DNA from: Candidatus Dadabacteria bacterium
GTDB taxonomy: Bacteria; Desulfobacterota_D; UBA1144; Nemesobacterales; Nemesobacteraceae
Direction of reading: 5' to 3'
Assembly: GCA_022827275.1 (NCBI GenBank)
Contig: JAJDTG010000010.1
Coordinates: 22,968-86,967, forward strand
DNA: 64,000 nt
Positions within the stretch are counted from its first letter, which is position 1, and each line of letters starts with the position of its first letter. The notes under the pieces are model-generated. The model saw nothing but the letters and a program-made list of their open reading frames with translations, searched no databases and was not told the origin of the DNA. Positions 27,770 through 37,313 of the stretch are shown here, one piece after another. The position numbers and the translations under genes are program-made.

Positions 27770-27949
27770 TTACGTACCGCTCTGTTTTTCTTCCCTGTTC
27801 TCCGGATCGTCCTCTTTTAGAGATTTTCTGAACCCGCTTATCCCCTTGCCGAGAGAAGACCCGAGGTCCCCGAGTCTGCTTGGACCGAAGATTATGAGGA
27901 GAATTGCCAGTATCAGTACTAGCTCCCATATGCCGAATTGTCCGAACAT
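27770..27949 (-). CDS. tatA: Sec-independent protein translocase TatA/E
   Basis: 59-aa ORF below the ORF-track size cutoff; MFGQFGIWELVLILAILLIIFGPSRLGDLGSSLGKGISGFRK is the canonical TatA TM + amphipathic helix. Confidence 0.85.
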   Translation of the reverse strand: MFGQFGIWELVLILAILLIIFGPSRLGDLGSSLGKGISGFRKSLKEDDPENREEKQSGT

Positions 27950-28044
27950 AACAGCGAAATGATACCTGAGTACTGCAGCTTCTCAAATGTCTTCAAATGA
28001 TTCACGGCTGAAATTGAAAAACAAGACGCTTTCCTGTAAAATGG

Positions 28045-28674
28045 GTGCGTCGCGAGCAAAAAAAGACGGAGAGTTTTAACCGGCTTCTGGAGATTCGTCT
28101 CCGGCGACTTGCCTTACCTGATTCCATGTGCCGAAAACGATGCCTGTATATATTCCTGATGATTGTTGCCGTCGCGCTCGTAGTGGTCCGGGGGTCGGAT
28201 GGACTTGCCCGGGGCGTCGGCGACGCCCGTGTTGAGACGGTGGAGGGACGCCGGCTTCTAATCCTGCCAGCAAGCGGGCTGCCCCGAACGCAGTCGCCCT
28301 CAGACGGCATCGTCGCGCAGTCATCCGAGTCAGCTTCGCATCGGACACACCTGGTTTACATTGAGGGTGCGACGTACAGCGCGGCAACACCTCTGCAGGG
28401 CCCGGGCGCCTGGATAGCATTTGACTTGGACCGGCGTCGCTTCGAATCGTTGCTGCCGAGTATCCGAGTCGAACTGGACGCGGGCGAGCGACTGGACACG
28501 GCTGTCGGCGCTGTCGGCGCTACTGGTGTGGAAGTATTTGACTCGCTTGGCTTTGCCATACTCTATCTGCCGTCAGACCTGCACCCCGCCGACGCGACTG
28601 CACTGGTCCGCGGACTGTCCGGCCAGCCCGACGCTTCTGTTCGTCTGCGCGGGCCCCGGATTGAGTGGCGTTAA
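28045..28674 (+). CDS. hypothetical secreted/membrane-anchored protein with possible peptidase-inhibitor-I9-like C-terminal region
   Basis: High-GC ORF; hydrophobic segment LYIFLMIVAVALVVV (likely true start MCRKR at about 28127); C-terminal VEVFDSLGFAILYLP...ALVRGLSGQPDASVRL loosely resembles subtilase propeptide fold pattern. Confidence 0.4.
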   Translation: MRREQKKTESFNRLLEIRLRRLALPDSMCRKRCLYIFLMIVAVALVVVRGSDGLARGVGDARVETVEGRRLLILPASGLPRTQSPSDGIVAQSSESASHRTHLVYIEGATYSAATPLQGPGAWIAFDLDRRRFESLLPSIRVELDAGERLDTAVGAVGATGVEVFDSLGFAILYLPSDLHPADATALVRGLSGQPDASVRLRGPRIEWR

Positions 28675-28700
28675 CTTTCTGCTTAGGAGGTAGGAACCGC

Positions 28701-31286
28701 ATGCGTACACTGGCACTTATTGCGGCGGGGCTGTTGAGTCTGGCCGGTTGCGACTCGCAACAACTGCCGTCTTCCCCTCTGGCGAGCGTTACCTTGGAGT
28801 TCTCCGGCGACTCTGAGGTTGAGGAGGCCGACAATCCGAAGATACGGTTTACCCTCGGGCTTGACGCGCCCGTTTCCAGACCTGTCTTGGTGGCCTTGAG
28901 TCTGGACGGAACCGCCACCCGGGGTTACGATTACGCGGTCAGCGACGCCCAGGTTCAGTTTCCGGCGGGCGCCACTTCCGCAAGTGTGGAAATCGACGTT
29001 TACCGCGACTTCGAGAAAGAAGGCGATGAAACGATCAAGGTCGGTCTTGGCTCGATTACGGGTAACGCGCGGGCCGGCGACCCATCCTCGATCACCCTGA
29101 GAGTGATCGACGGCCCTGCGGTCGGCGTGGACAAGTCCCCGCCTGATGACACAGACGGCGGGCAGGAGTCTGCGTCGGGACTTGCTGCCCTGAGTTTCGA
29201 TGTCGCGGAAGATGCTGTCGTAGCCGTAGTGGTCGCGGAGGTCTTCCCGGATGCCTCCCCCGTGCCATTGGTAGCTGAGTGGTCCACGGATCCGACTTTC
29301 GCTTCGGACGTGAGGACCATCCGCAAGTGCTATGCTCCTTCGGAGGATTCTTCGGCCGACGGATCTGGACCGCCCATGAGCCCTTGCGAGGTCGCCGTCT
29401 CTGATGATCCGCTTGACCTTTTCTTATTTGCCAATCTGCGCCTGTTCAGGCTGCCCTCCGAGTCACTGGCACCCGACCGCCGCTATTTTTTTCGCATATG
29501 GATGGACGCCCCGCCGCCATCGTTCACCTTTGGCGAGGAATACCCGAATGTGGTTGCGATCAGTTTCGCCACCGATTCTGAGGGAGCAGTTCTCGTGCGA
29601 TGCGAGACACCGGCACGAACACCCGCACCAGAGGGCGGCGATCCCCTGTTCCACCAGCAGTGGCACCTGAAAAACACCGGTCAGAGGGCTTTCTCGAACC
29701 GCGGAGGAACTCCCGGCGCCGACCTGAATATGACCACAGCCATCGACACGGGCCGAGACGGCGCGGGAGTGAAGCTCGCTGTGGTCGATACCGGGCTTGA
29801 GATCTGCCATCCGGATCTGGCAGCCAATACGTCTGCGGGCGGTTCGTTTAACTTCGGCGCAAGCGCCCGACCCGGCACTTCTTCCGATGATCCCTACAAC
29901 TTTGCCTCAGCAGGGGACCACGGCACCAGCGTAGCCGGGGTTGCCGCGGCAGCCGCCAATAACGGTTTCGGCGGACGCGGCGTGGCGCCGGCGGTTACTC
30001 TTGTCGGGTTCAATCCGGCTCAAGCGGCGCCCGGCGAGTCCGGGGATCGGGACACGGCATTCAAGACCGCGCTCTTAAAGAGCCTTGGCGCTAGCACGAG
30101 CGAACCGGATTCGGCAAGCGTGGATATCTTCAACATGAGTTTCGGTGAACTCGTCGGCATAGGGAACCCGGATGAAGAACTCACACGCGTGCTCAGGATG
30201 GGAGTTGAGCAGCTTCGTTCGGGCCGCGGCGCGCTATACGTAAGGGCAGCCGGCAACGATTTTCTTGAGTCTTGCGAGCAACCTCATCCGCTCCAGAACG
30301 AGATAGGCTGCGTCGGCGCCAACTCCGACCCCGACCAAAACATGCCGTGGATGGTCGTCGTGGGAGGCTTTAACGCCGACGACAGAAAGTCAACCCATTC
30401 AAGCGCCGGCGCCAACCTGTGGGTAACAGGTCCTTCCGGCGAGGACGGCGTCGAAGCCCCGGCAATAATCACCACGGATCAGGCTGGTCCGTTCACCGGC
30501 TTCAACATCCTGAAGGAAAATCGTCTGACCAGGGATCATCCTTTGAATCGCGACGGCGACTACATCAGCGCCTTCGGCGGTACATCTTCGGCAGCTCCCG
30601 CGGTCTCCGGCGCCATCGCGATCCTCCTCGGGATCAGACCGGAGCTGACCTGGCGGGACGTGAAGCACATACTGGCAAGTACGGCGCGCAGGATTGACCC
30701 GGATATCGCCGAAGTCCGTGCCGCGTTCAACGGTACTCCCTACATCCTCCAGCACGCCTGGCAGAAAAACGGCGCCGGTTTCTATTTCCATAACTGGTAC
30801 GGTTTCGGCGCGGTCGATGTCGACGCCGCGGTCGCGATGGCGGAAAGCCACACTGCTGACAGTCTGGGAGATCTGGTTGAATCGCAATGGTTTGGGTCCG
30901 CTCAAAAAGAAGGGCTCTCAGTGGACATTCCCGATGCGGACGGGGCCGGGACCAGCGCCGCTTTGGAGGTCTCCGGCATCCCCGAGGATGCGGACATCGA
31001 GGCGGTGGTGCTTGAGGTCGATGTCAATGGCGGCGATGCGTTCGACCTTGGCATTACCCTCCGCTCACCCGCAGGCACGCAGAGCGTGCTCAGCACACCC
31101 CTAAACAGCATGCTCAAGGGCTTGCCTGGAATATCCAGTTGGCGCCTGCTCAGCAACGCCTTCTACGGCGAGAATCCAAACGGCGCATGGACCCTGCATG
31201 TGGCTGACATCGCCGCCCACGACACAGCCACACTGACTGGCTGGAAACTGCGGTTCTACTACGGCGGCACCCACGGCGTGAATTAA
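28701..31286 (+). CDS. S8 subtilisin-family serine protease lipoprotein with N-terminal Calx-beta domain and C-terminal P (proprotein-convertase) domain
   Basis: RBS aggagg then ATG 28701; lipobox LSLAGC; Calx-beta-like segment; catalytic triad motifs VVDTGL (Asp), HGTSVAGV (His), GGTSSAAPAVSG (Ser); P-domain-like C-terminus. Confidence 0.8.
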   Translation: MRTLALIAAGLLSLAGCDSQQLPSSPLASVTLEFSGDSEVEEADNPKIRFTLGLDAPVSRPVLVALSLDGTATRGYDYAVSDAQVQFPAGATSASVEIDVYRDFEKEGDETIKVGLGSITGNARAGDPSSITLRVIDGPAVGVDKSPPDDTDGGQESASGLAALSFDVAEDAVVAVVVAEVFPDASPVPLVAEWSTDPTFASDVRTIRKCYAPSEDSSADGSGPPMSPCEVAVSDDPLDLFLFANLRLFRLPSESLAPDRRYFFRIWMDAPPPSFTFGEEYPNVVAISFATDSEGAVLVRCETPARTPAPEGGDPLFHQQWHLKNTGQRAFSNRGGTPGADLNMTTAIDTGRDGAGVKLAVVDTGLEICHPDLAANTSAGGSFNFGASARPGTSSDDPYNFASAGDHGTSVAGVAAAAANNGFGGRGVAPAVTLVGFNPAQAAPGESGDRDTAFKTALLKSLGASTSEPDSASVDIFNMSFGELVGIGNPDEELTRVLRMGVEQLRSGRGALYVRAAGNDFLESCEQPHPLQNEIGCVGANSDPDQNMPWMVVVGGFNADDRKSTHSSAGANLWVTGPSGEDGVEAPAIITTDQAGPFTGFNILKENRLTRDHPLNRDGDYISAFGGTSSAAPAVSGAIAILLGIRPELTWRDVKHILASTARRIDPDIAEVRAAFNGTPYILQHAWQKNGAGFYFHNWYGFGAVDVDAAVAMAESHTADSLGDLVESQWFGSAQKEGLSVDIPDADGAGTSAALEVSGIPEDADIEAVVLEVDVNGGDAFDLGITLRSPAGTQSVLSTPLNSMLKGLPGISSWRLLSNAFYGENPNGAWTLHVADIAAHDTATLTGWKLRFYYGGTHGVN

Positions 31287-31306
31287 CCCGCGACTGTCAA
31301 GCCATA

Positions 31307-31498
31307 ATGGAAACTGCCGTGCTCTCTGAGACTGCAAAGACGCTCGCTGGTCGCGGGGAAGCTCCCAGAGTCTTTTTCCTGAGAACCATATCGGGCGATA
31401 AGGTGGATTTCGTGGTTGAGACGGAAGGGAAGCCTGCGCTTGTAGAGGTAGAACTGTCGGCTACGCCGCATTGCGGTTTTATCAGTCAGAACTTTTGA
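31307..31498 (+). pseudogene. C-terminal fragment of a DUF4143-type AAA ATPase
   Basis: 63-aa ORF ...PRVFFLRTISGDKVDFVVETEGKPALVEVELS resembles the conserved C-terminus of DUF4143 ATPases; no N-terminal ATPase domain present. Confidence 0.4.
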
Positions 31499-31690
31499 TG
31501 TTTTCAACGCTGAATTTTACTGGCTTGTCATCGTAGAGCGCCGCTATCCATCTTATAGGTCTTGCGAAGGTCAGTTTTCCGTCGCCCCATCTCATTGATT
31601 TCCGGAAGGGGATTGATGAGATTACTCTTGGAAGAATTTCTTTTAGAACGGATGAAGTTTTTTTCCTTTTACCGTTTTCCTTACACAAAT
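31481..31690. repeat. approximately 210-bp near-identical copy of an internal segment of glyS (matches 35883-36092)
   Basis: Direct comparison of the two stretches: only a handful of mismatches; ORF 31482..31688(-) translates to the same peptide as GlyS residues about 120-190. Confidence 0.85.
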
Positions 31691-31967
31691 ATTTTCAGAT
31701 GATGCTGTGAATTTACCGATATTATGTCTGAGGGGATGGAGGAATTGAGGTTGACATTCTATATTCTGAATGCATGATTCCCACTGGGAAAGCACGCAAT
31801 GAACCTTCCGTATGTAAAAAGATCGCTTGAGACCGTGTTCATAAAGGCCGTTTCGCGGTTTATGGCCGTATTTCGCTTGTCGCCGCCTTCCGGGCGTGAA
31901 TCAGAGGCGGCATTCGCGAAGGAGAGCCTTGCCGTGTACGGGCAGGACAGCCTAGTGTGGTAATGTC

Positions 31968-32963
31968 ATGCGGGTGATCACGGGAGCGAGCGGCCATATC
32001 GGCGGCGTGCTTGCGCGGGCCTTGGCGGGGCGGTACGACGCCTGCCCGGTTCGCGCGATATTCCGCAAGAGGCGGGGCACCGCCGCGGATCTTGACGTCG
32101 AGTGGGTCAACGGCGACATTCTAGACAAGGAATCACTGCTCACCGCTTTCACGGGCGCGGAAGTTGTCTTCCATCTGGCCGCCCTAGTCTCGATTGATCC
32201 CGGCAGGGGGGAAAAAGTCCATACAACGAATGTCTCAGGCACACGTAACGTTGTCGAGGCCGCCCTTGAATGTGGAGTGAGGCGGCTCGTTTACTTTTCC
32301 TCGATTCACGCCTACAACCAGTACCCACTTGACGAAGTTCTCGATGAGGGCCGCGATTCCGCCGACGGCCCGCGGCACGATGCCTATGCCCGGTCGAAAG
32401 CCGCCGGCGAGGCGGAAGTTCGCCGTGGCATAGATCGCGGTCTGGATGCCGTAATTCTTAATCCGACCGGCGTAATCGGCCCTTTCGACGGCGGGCCTTC
32501 GCATATGGGACAGTTCTTCCTCGACCTGTACCGGAGGAGAATTCCCGCGCAGATCGCGGGCGGCTTTGATTGTGTCGATGTGCGCGATGTCGTAGATGCT
32601 GCAGTGGCCGCCGAGACGCAAGCGAGGTGCGGCGAAAACTACATCCTGTCAGGCGGTTGGCATTCCATGCGCGATTTGGCGCTACTGTCCCAACAGGCGA
32701 CCGGGGTGGCAGTGCCCCGTTTCGTGTTCCCCATGTTTCTGGCCCGGTTTTGGGCGCCTTTCCAGGTCATTTTGGACCGTAGTCGCGGGCGCCGGCCCCT
32801 CTATACGCCTGCTGCGCTACGCTTCGTGAGCGGTGGCAACCAGCAGGTATCCAGTGCCAAGGCGCAGGCGGAACTCGGGTTCAGGTCGCGTCCCTTGGCG
32901 GATTCGGTGAGGGACACCTATCGATGGTTTGACGAGCAGGGCATGCTCGGCGAGGGTGGTTGA
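31968..32963 (+). CDS. NAD(P)-dependent epimerase/dehydratase (SDR family, HpnA/dihydroflavonol-reductase-like)
   Basis: ITGASGHIGGVLARAL Rossmann motif, YARSKAAGE catalytic YxxxK; high GC. Confidence 0.75.
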   Translation: MRVITGASGHIGGVLARALAGRYDACPVRAIFRKRRGTAADLDVEWVNGDILDKESLLTAFTGAEVVFHLAALVSIDPGRGEKVHTTNVSGTRNVVEAALECGVRRLVYFSSIHAYNQYPLDEVLDEGRDSADGPRHDAYARSKAAGEAEVRRGIDRGLDAVILNPTGVIGPFDGGPSHMGQFFLDLYRRRIPAQIAGGFDCVDVRDVVDAAVAAETQARCGENYILSGGWHSMRDLALLSQQATGVAVPRFVFPMFLARFWAPFQVILDRSRGRRPLYTPAALRFVSGGNQQVSSAKAQAELGFRSRPLADSVRDTYRWFDEQGMLGEGG

Positions 32964-32964
32964 G

Positions 32965-33726
32965 ATGGCAGAAGAACAACTTCACCGCGTGATGATATGG
33001 GCAGTTATTGCTGTGGCTCTTCCGACGTTCCTGTACCTGTTCCGTAAAACCGCGCCCTATGGCCGTCATTACGCAGGCGCGGGCTGGGGGCCGCACATTT
33101 CCAGCAGGCTCGGCTGGATCATCATGGAACTGCCGGCGGTCGTAGTCTTCCTCGCCGTCTATCTTAACGGGAAGGCCGCGTTCCACATCGTGCCGCTGCT
33201 CTTTGTGGTCATGTGGCAGGGGCATTATCTGAACCGGGCGCTCATTTACCCGTTTCGGATCCGGGCGAGCGGACGAAAGACGCCGTTGCTGGTCATCGGG
33301 TCAGGTTTTTTCTTCAATGTGATTAACGCCTACATAAATGCCCGGTTCATTTCGGAATTCGGCGGGTATGCCGTTGAATGGCTCGTCGACCCTCGTTTCC
33401 TGATCGGCGTCGGGATTTTCCTGGGCGGGATTGCTCTCAACATCCACGCCGACAGTATCCTCATTCGTCTGCGCAGGCCGGGCGAGACCGGTTATGTGAT
33501 TCCACAGGGTGGCGGGTTTCGCTTTGTCTCGTGCCCGAATTACATGGGTGAAATCCTCGAATGGGTAGGCTGGGCGCTAGCAACGTGGTCGTTGAGTGGC
33601 CTCGCCTTCTTGTTGTTCACCTCCGCCAATCTCGTTCCCAGGGCGCGCAGCAACCATCAATGGTATGTGGAAACTTTCAAGGATTATCCACCGCACCGCA
33701 AGGCCCTGATACCGGGCATTTATTGA
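32965..33726 (+). CDS. 3-oxo-5-alpha-steroid 4-dehydrogenase (steroid 5alpha-reductase) family membrane reductase
   Basis: C-terminal FRFVSCPNYMGEILEWVGWAL signature of SRD5A/DUF1295 family; multiple TM helices; ATG 1 nt after upstream TGA (translational coupling). Confidence 0.7.
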   Translation: MAEEQLHRVMIWAVIAVALPTFLYLFRKTAPYGRHYAGAGWGPHISSRLGWIIMELPAVVVFLAVYLNGKAAFHIVPLLFVVMWQGHYLNRALIYPFRIRASGRKTPLLVIGSGFFFNVINAYINARFISEFGGYAVEWLVDPRFLIGVGIFLGGIALNIHADSILIRLRRPGETGYVIPQGGGFRFVSCPNYMGEILEWVGWALATWSLSGLAFLLFTSANLVPRARSNHQWYVETFKDYPPHRKALIPGIY

Positions 33727-33901
33727 TTGACATGCTTATGGTTGCGTATAAATTCTGGCAAGACTCGACCGTATCAGAGGTCCGTGGACGAGTTTCGAAT
33801 AATCAACCGATGCCCTTGGGGCGAGCGGTCCGGATGATCCGTAAATCCGTTAACGGATCCAACTTGCTTTCAATTGTGCTCTCGAACTCGAAGGAGTACC
33901 A

Positions 33902-34080
33902 ATGATTGAAATGACCGATCGGGCTTTTGGGCCGCCCGGTCCCGTCCTCATCACCGGGGGAACGGATACATTGAGTCATGGCTGGTCAAGAGACTCCTTG
34001 AACTTGATTACGACGTACACACGACGGTTCGCAATCTGACGGCCCCGAAAAAGAATTTGCATCTCGAGGCCATAGCCATA
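33902..34080 (+). pseudogene. remnant of an NAD-dependent epimerase/reductase N-terminus (frameshifted)
   Basis: MIEMTDRAFGPPGPVLITGG then in another frame ...YIESWLVKRLLELDYDVHTTVRNLTAPKKNLHLEAIA; no intact downstream ORF. Confidence 0.35.
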
Positions 34081-34100
34081 AATTCGCCGGGCTCCTTGTC

Positions 34101-34268
34101 GCTCTATGGAGCCGAGTTGCTGGTTGCCAGCTTTGTGGAGCCGGTCACAAGCTCACCATAGTCCCCGGTTTCGTGAAGAAAACCCCTCTCAAAAGCGAAG
34201 GCCTTCTCATAGAATTCAAGAGTTCCTACAACATCGTCCACATAGAGTATGGTATATCGAAACAGCAT
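34101..34268 (-). pseudogene. truncated VOC/glyoxalase-family N-terminal fragment
   Basis: 55-aa ORF MLFRYTILYVDDVVGTLEFYEKAFAFERGF... ends prematurely at a TAG. Confidence 0.35.
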
Positions 34269-34350
34269 TTACGCCTCCTGTAAATTTCTCATGCTGGGTA
34301 CCTCGAATAAACCCTGACCAAGCTGGCGCCTTGCTAAAGTTGATTGCGGG

Positions 34351-36441
34351 TCAGATTTTCGAGAAATCGGCGATCATGAAAAACAGATCTTTTATTTCAT
34401 TGAGCAGAGCCAGACGATTGTCTCTGATTTTCTTGTTTTTATCCATGACCATTACTGCGTCAAAGAAACGATCTATTGGTGCGGAGAGTGTTTTTATGGA
34501 TTCAAGCGCTTTGAGGTAATCGCTTTGCCTGGCAGCTTTTTCAGAATCGGCCAATTTCTTTAAAACCGCTGTCTGTGTCTTGGTAAAAGCTCTATGGAGG
34601 TCTTTTTCCTCTTTCTGCTTGAACAGCTTCTTGTCAAGCGGTGAAGACGGTCTGGTTTTCGCTATGTTGAAAACCCTCTTAAAGCCTGTAGCTAGGGCCT
34701 CAAAATCCTTTCGTTTTGCGAATTTCTCAAGCGCGTTTATTCTGCGGTAGGCGTCAAGAGGATTGTCAAAACCTGCCGAGATTACGGATTCGACGACATT
34801 TCTTTCGTAACCTGACTCTGTCATTAGGTTGCGGAATCTCTCGGAGAAAAACGCGAGAATGTTCACTTTAAGTTCTTCTTCGGACAGTTTGCCATTACGA
34901 GCTTTTTGCGCACCCATGGAATCGAGCACGAACCTTATGCCGCGTTCAAGGAGTGTGGAGAGGGAAATATCAAGCTTCTTCTCTATGGCGATTCTGATTA
35001 TCCCCAGGGTCTGTCTCCTGAGCGCGTAGGGATCAGAAGACCCCGTAGGGGCCAGCCCGGCGATAAAACAGGAGCAGATATTGTCCGTTTTGTCCACTAT
35101 GCTTAGAAGTGCTCCGGTTTTCGTTCGCGGGAGTTCACCGGTTCTCGTAAGCGGCATGTATTGTTCCTCGACCGCGTTCGCGACGGTTTTTTTCTCCTTG
35201 GAAGTAAGTGAGTAATACTTGCCCATGACACCTTGGAGTTCGGCGAATTCAAAGACCATCTGGGTCGCGAGATCGGACTTTGAGAGTTCCGCGGCCCTTT
35301 CAAGATCGGGACTGGCAAAAATGTCGGCGGCAAGCATCCTCATACGCTCGACTTTTTCGCTGTAAGTTCCTATATCAGATAGAAACACCATGCTCTCAAG
35401 ATCTTCTGTGTAGGCGCTTAGGCTTTTCTTCGTATCTTCGGAGAAAAAGAATTCGGCGTCGTTAAGTCTTGCCCTTATTACCCGCTCGTTTCCCCTTATA
35501 ATTACCTGTTTATCCTTAACCGGGGTTCCGCAGACAAAGATGAAACAGGGAAGAAGCTTGCCGGTCTTCTCAGAATAAACAGGGAAATATTTCTGGTGAT
35601 TCTTCATCACGCTTATAAGAACTTCCTCGGGCAATCGCAGGTATTTTTCCTCGAACTCTCCCACCAGAACCGTTGGATGCTCCACCAGGTTCACCACGGT
35701 TTCAAGCAGTTCAGGATCTTCCTTTATGGTTCCGCCTATCTTTTTGGCCGCCTCCTCTGTGTCCCTTCTTATGATTTCCTTTCTTTTCTCCGGGTCCGCT
35801 ACTACGTTGTTTTTCTCAAGTGTTTTCAGATAGTTTCTCCAGGATGTCACTCGGAACGGTTTTGGGGAAGTGAACCTGTGACCGAAGCTTCGGTCAGAAC
35901 TTTTGATGTTTTCAACGCTGAATTTTACTGGCTTGTCATCGTAGAGCGCCGCTATCCATCTTATAGGTCTTGCGAAGGTCAGTTTTCCGTCGCCCCACCT
36001 CATTGATTTCCGGAAGGGGACCGATGAGATTACTCCCGGAAGAATTTCTTTTAGAACGGATGAAGTTTTTTTTCCTTTTACCGTTTTCCTTACACAAAGA
36101 AATTCCCCGTTATCCCTTTTTGCGATGACGAGTTCCTCAACATCGACCCTCTGGGATCTGGCGAAGCCCACAGCGGCCTTGGTGGGTTTTCCGTCTTCAT
36201 CAAACGCTATGCGCTTGGGCGGTCCGAAGTTCTCGGTCGTGCGGTCTCTCTGCTTTCTTTGAAGTCCGCTTACCCTAGCCGAAAGCCTTCTCGGGGTATA
36301 GAAGATTTCCATTTCCTCGAATTCAACACCTTTGTCACGGAGTTCTCCGCTTAGGATGTTGCCCAGATCCTCCCGGGCTTTTTCAAGGAAGAGAGCAGGT
36401 ATTTCCTCCGTTCCGATTTCGAGTATTAGTTCTTTTTCCAT
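34351..36441 (-). CDS. glyS: glycine--tRNA ligase beta subunit
   Basis: 696-aa from [16 protein letters not shown]; GlyS family throughout; overlaps glyQ stop. Confidence 0.9.
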   Translation of the reverse strand: MEKELILEIGTEEIPALFLEKAREDLGNILSGELRDKGVEFEEMEIFYTPRRLSARVSGLQRKQRDRTTENFGPPKRIAFDEDGKPTKAAVGFARSQRVDVEELVIAKRDNGEFLCVRKTVKGKKTSSVLKEILPGVISSVPFRKSMRWGDGKLTFARPIRWIAALYDDKPVKFSVENIKSSDRSFGHRFTSPKPFRVTSWRNYLKTLEKNNVVADPEKRKEIIRRDTEEAAKKIGGTIKEDPELLETVVNLVEHPTVLVGEFEEKYLRLPEEVLISVMKNHQKYFPVYSEKTGKLLPCFIFVCGTPVKDKQVIIRGNERVIRARLNDAEFFFSEDTKKSLSAYTEDLESMVFLSDIGTYSEKVERMRMLAADIFASPDLERAAELSKSDLATQMVFEFAELQGVMGKYYSLTSKEKKTVANAVEEQYMPLTRTGELPRTKTGALLSIVDKTDNICSCFIAGLAPTGSSDPYALRRQTLGIIRIAIEKKLDISLSTLLERGIRFVLDSMGAQKARNGKLSEEELKVNILAFFSERFRNLMTESGYERNVVESVISAGFDNPLDAYRRINALEKFAKRKDFEALATGFKRVFNIAKTRPSSPLDKKLFKQKEEKDLHRAFTKTQTAVLKKLADSEKAARQSDYLKALESIKTLSAPIDRFFDAVMVMDKNKKIRDNRLALLNEIKDLFFMIADFSKI

Positions 36442-37313
36442 GGGTTGTTTTTCAGGAGGGGGAATCCTAGGTTTTCTCTGGTCTGCAGATACGAAGTCGC
36501 GCACAGGTTCGCAAGCGCCCTTACCCTCGCTATGTATGAGGCCCGCTCGGCTACCCCTATCGCCCCTCTCGCGTCAAGCAGGTTGAAGGTGTGTGAACTT
36601 TTAAGACAGTATTCGTAAGCGGGGAGGGGAAGCTGCTTTTCGATAAGAGATCTGCATTCCTGCTCGTACATGTTAAACAGGTTGCTTAGCATCGCGGGAT
36701 CGGATTCCTCGAAGTTGTACTTTGAGAACTGGACTTCGCTCTGATGATGAATCTCCCCGTACGTTATTCCCTTTGTCCATTCAAGATCGTAAACGCTTTC
36801 GACTTCCTGCAGGTACATTGCTATTCTTTCGGTTCCGTACGTTATCTCGGCCGATATCGGATCAAGATCTATTCCGCCCGCCTGCTGAAAATATGTGAAC
36901 TGGGTTATTTCCATACCGTCAAGCCAGACCTCCCACCCAAGTCCCCACGCTCCGAGCGTCGGGGATTCCCAGTCATCCTCAACGAACCTTATGTCGTGCT
37001 CAAGCGGGTTTATTCCGAACGACTTGAGGCTGTCGAGGAAAAGTTCCTGAATATCATCGGGAGAAGGTTTTATTATCACCTGGAACTGATAGTAGTGCTG
37101 AAGCCTGTTGGGATTATCTCCGTATCTTCCGTCGGTCGGTCTCCTTGAAGGTTCGACATATGCCACATGCCAGGGCTCGGGACCGAGGCAGCGCAGGAAA
37201 GTGGCCGGATGAAAAGTCCCGGCGCCTTTTTCTATGTCATAGGGCTGGACCACTAAGCATCCCTTGGATGACCAGTAATCCTGAAGAGCCAGAATAAGTT
37301 CCTGATATGTCAT
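36426..37313 (-). CDS. glyQ: glycine--tRNA ligase alpha subunit
   Basis: [19 protein letters not shown]...; highly conserved GlyQ. Confidence 0.9.
   Translation of the reverse strand: MTYQELILALQDYWSSKGCLVVQPYDIEKGAGTFHPATFLRCLGPEPWHVAYVEPSRRPTDGRYGDNPNRLQHYYQFQVIIKPSPDDIQELFLDSLKSFGINPLEHDIRFVEDDWESPTLGAWGLGWEVWLDGMEITQFTYFQQAGGIDLDPISAEITYGTERIAMYLQEVESVYDLEWTKGITYGEIHHQSEVQFSKYNFEESDPAMLSNLFNMYEQECRSLIEKQLPLPAYEYCLKSSHTFNLLDARGAIGVAERASYIARVRALANLCATSYLQTRENLGFPLLKNNPWKKN

Noticed and set aside
28076-31156. Many overlapping 60-170-aa ORFs in all frames across the island (e.g. 28076..28420-, 28520..28918-, 30399..30905-, 30694..31104+)
   Set aside because: This is expected stop-codon depletion in high-GC DNA. 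They overlap the subtilase and upstream ORF, which carry real motifs.
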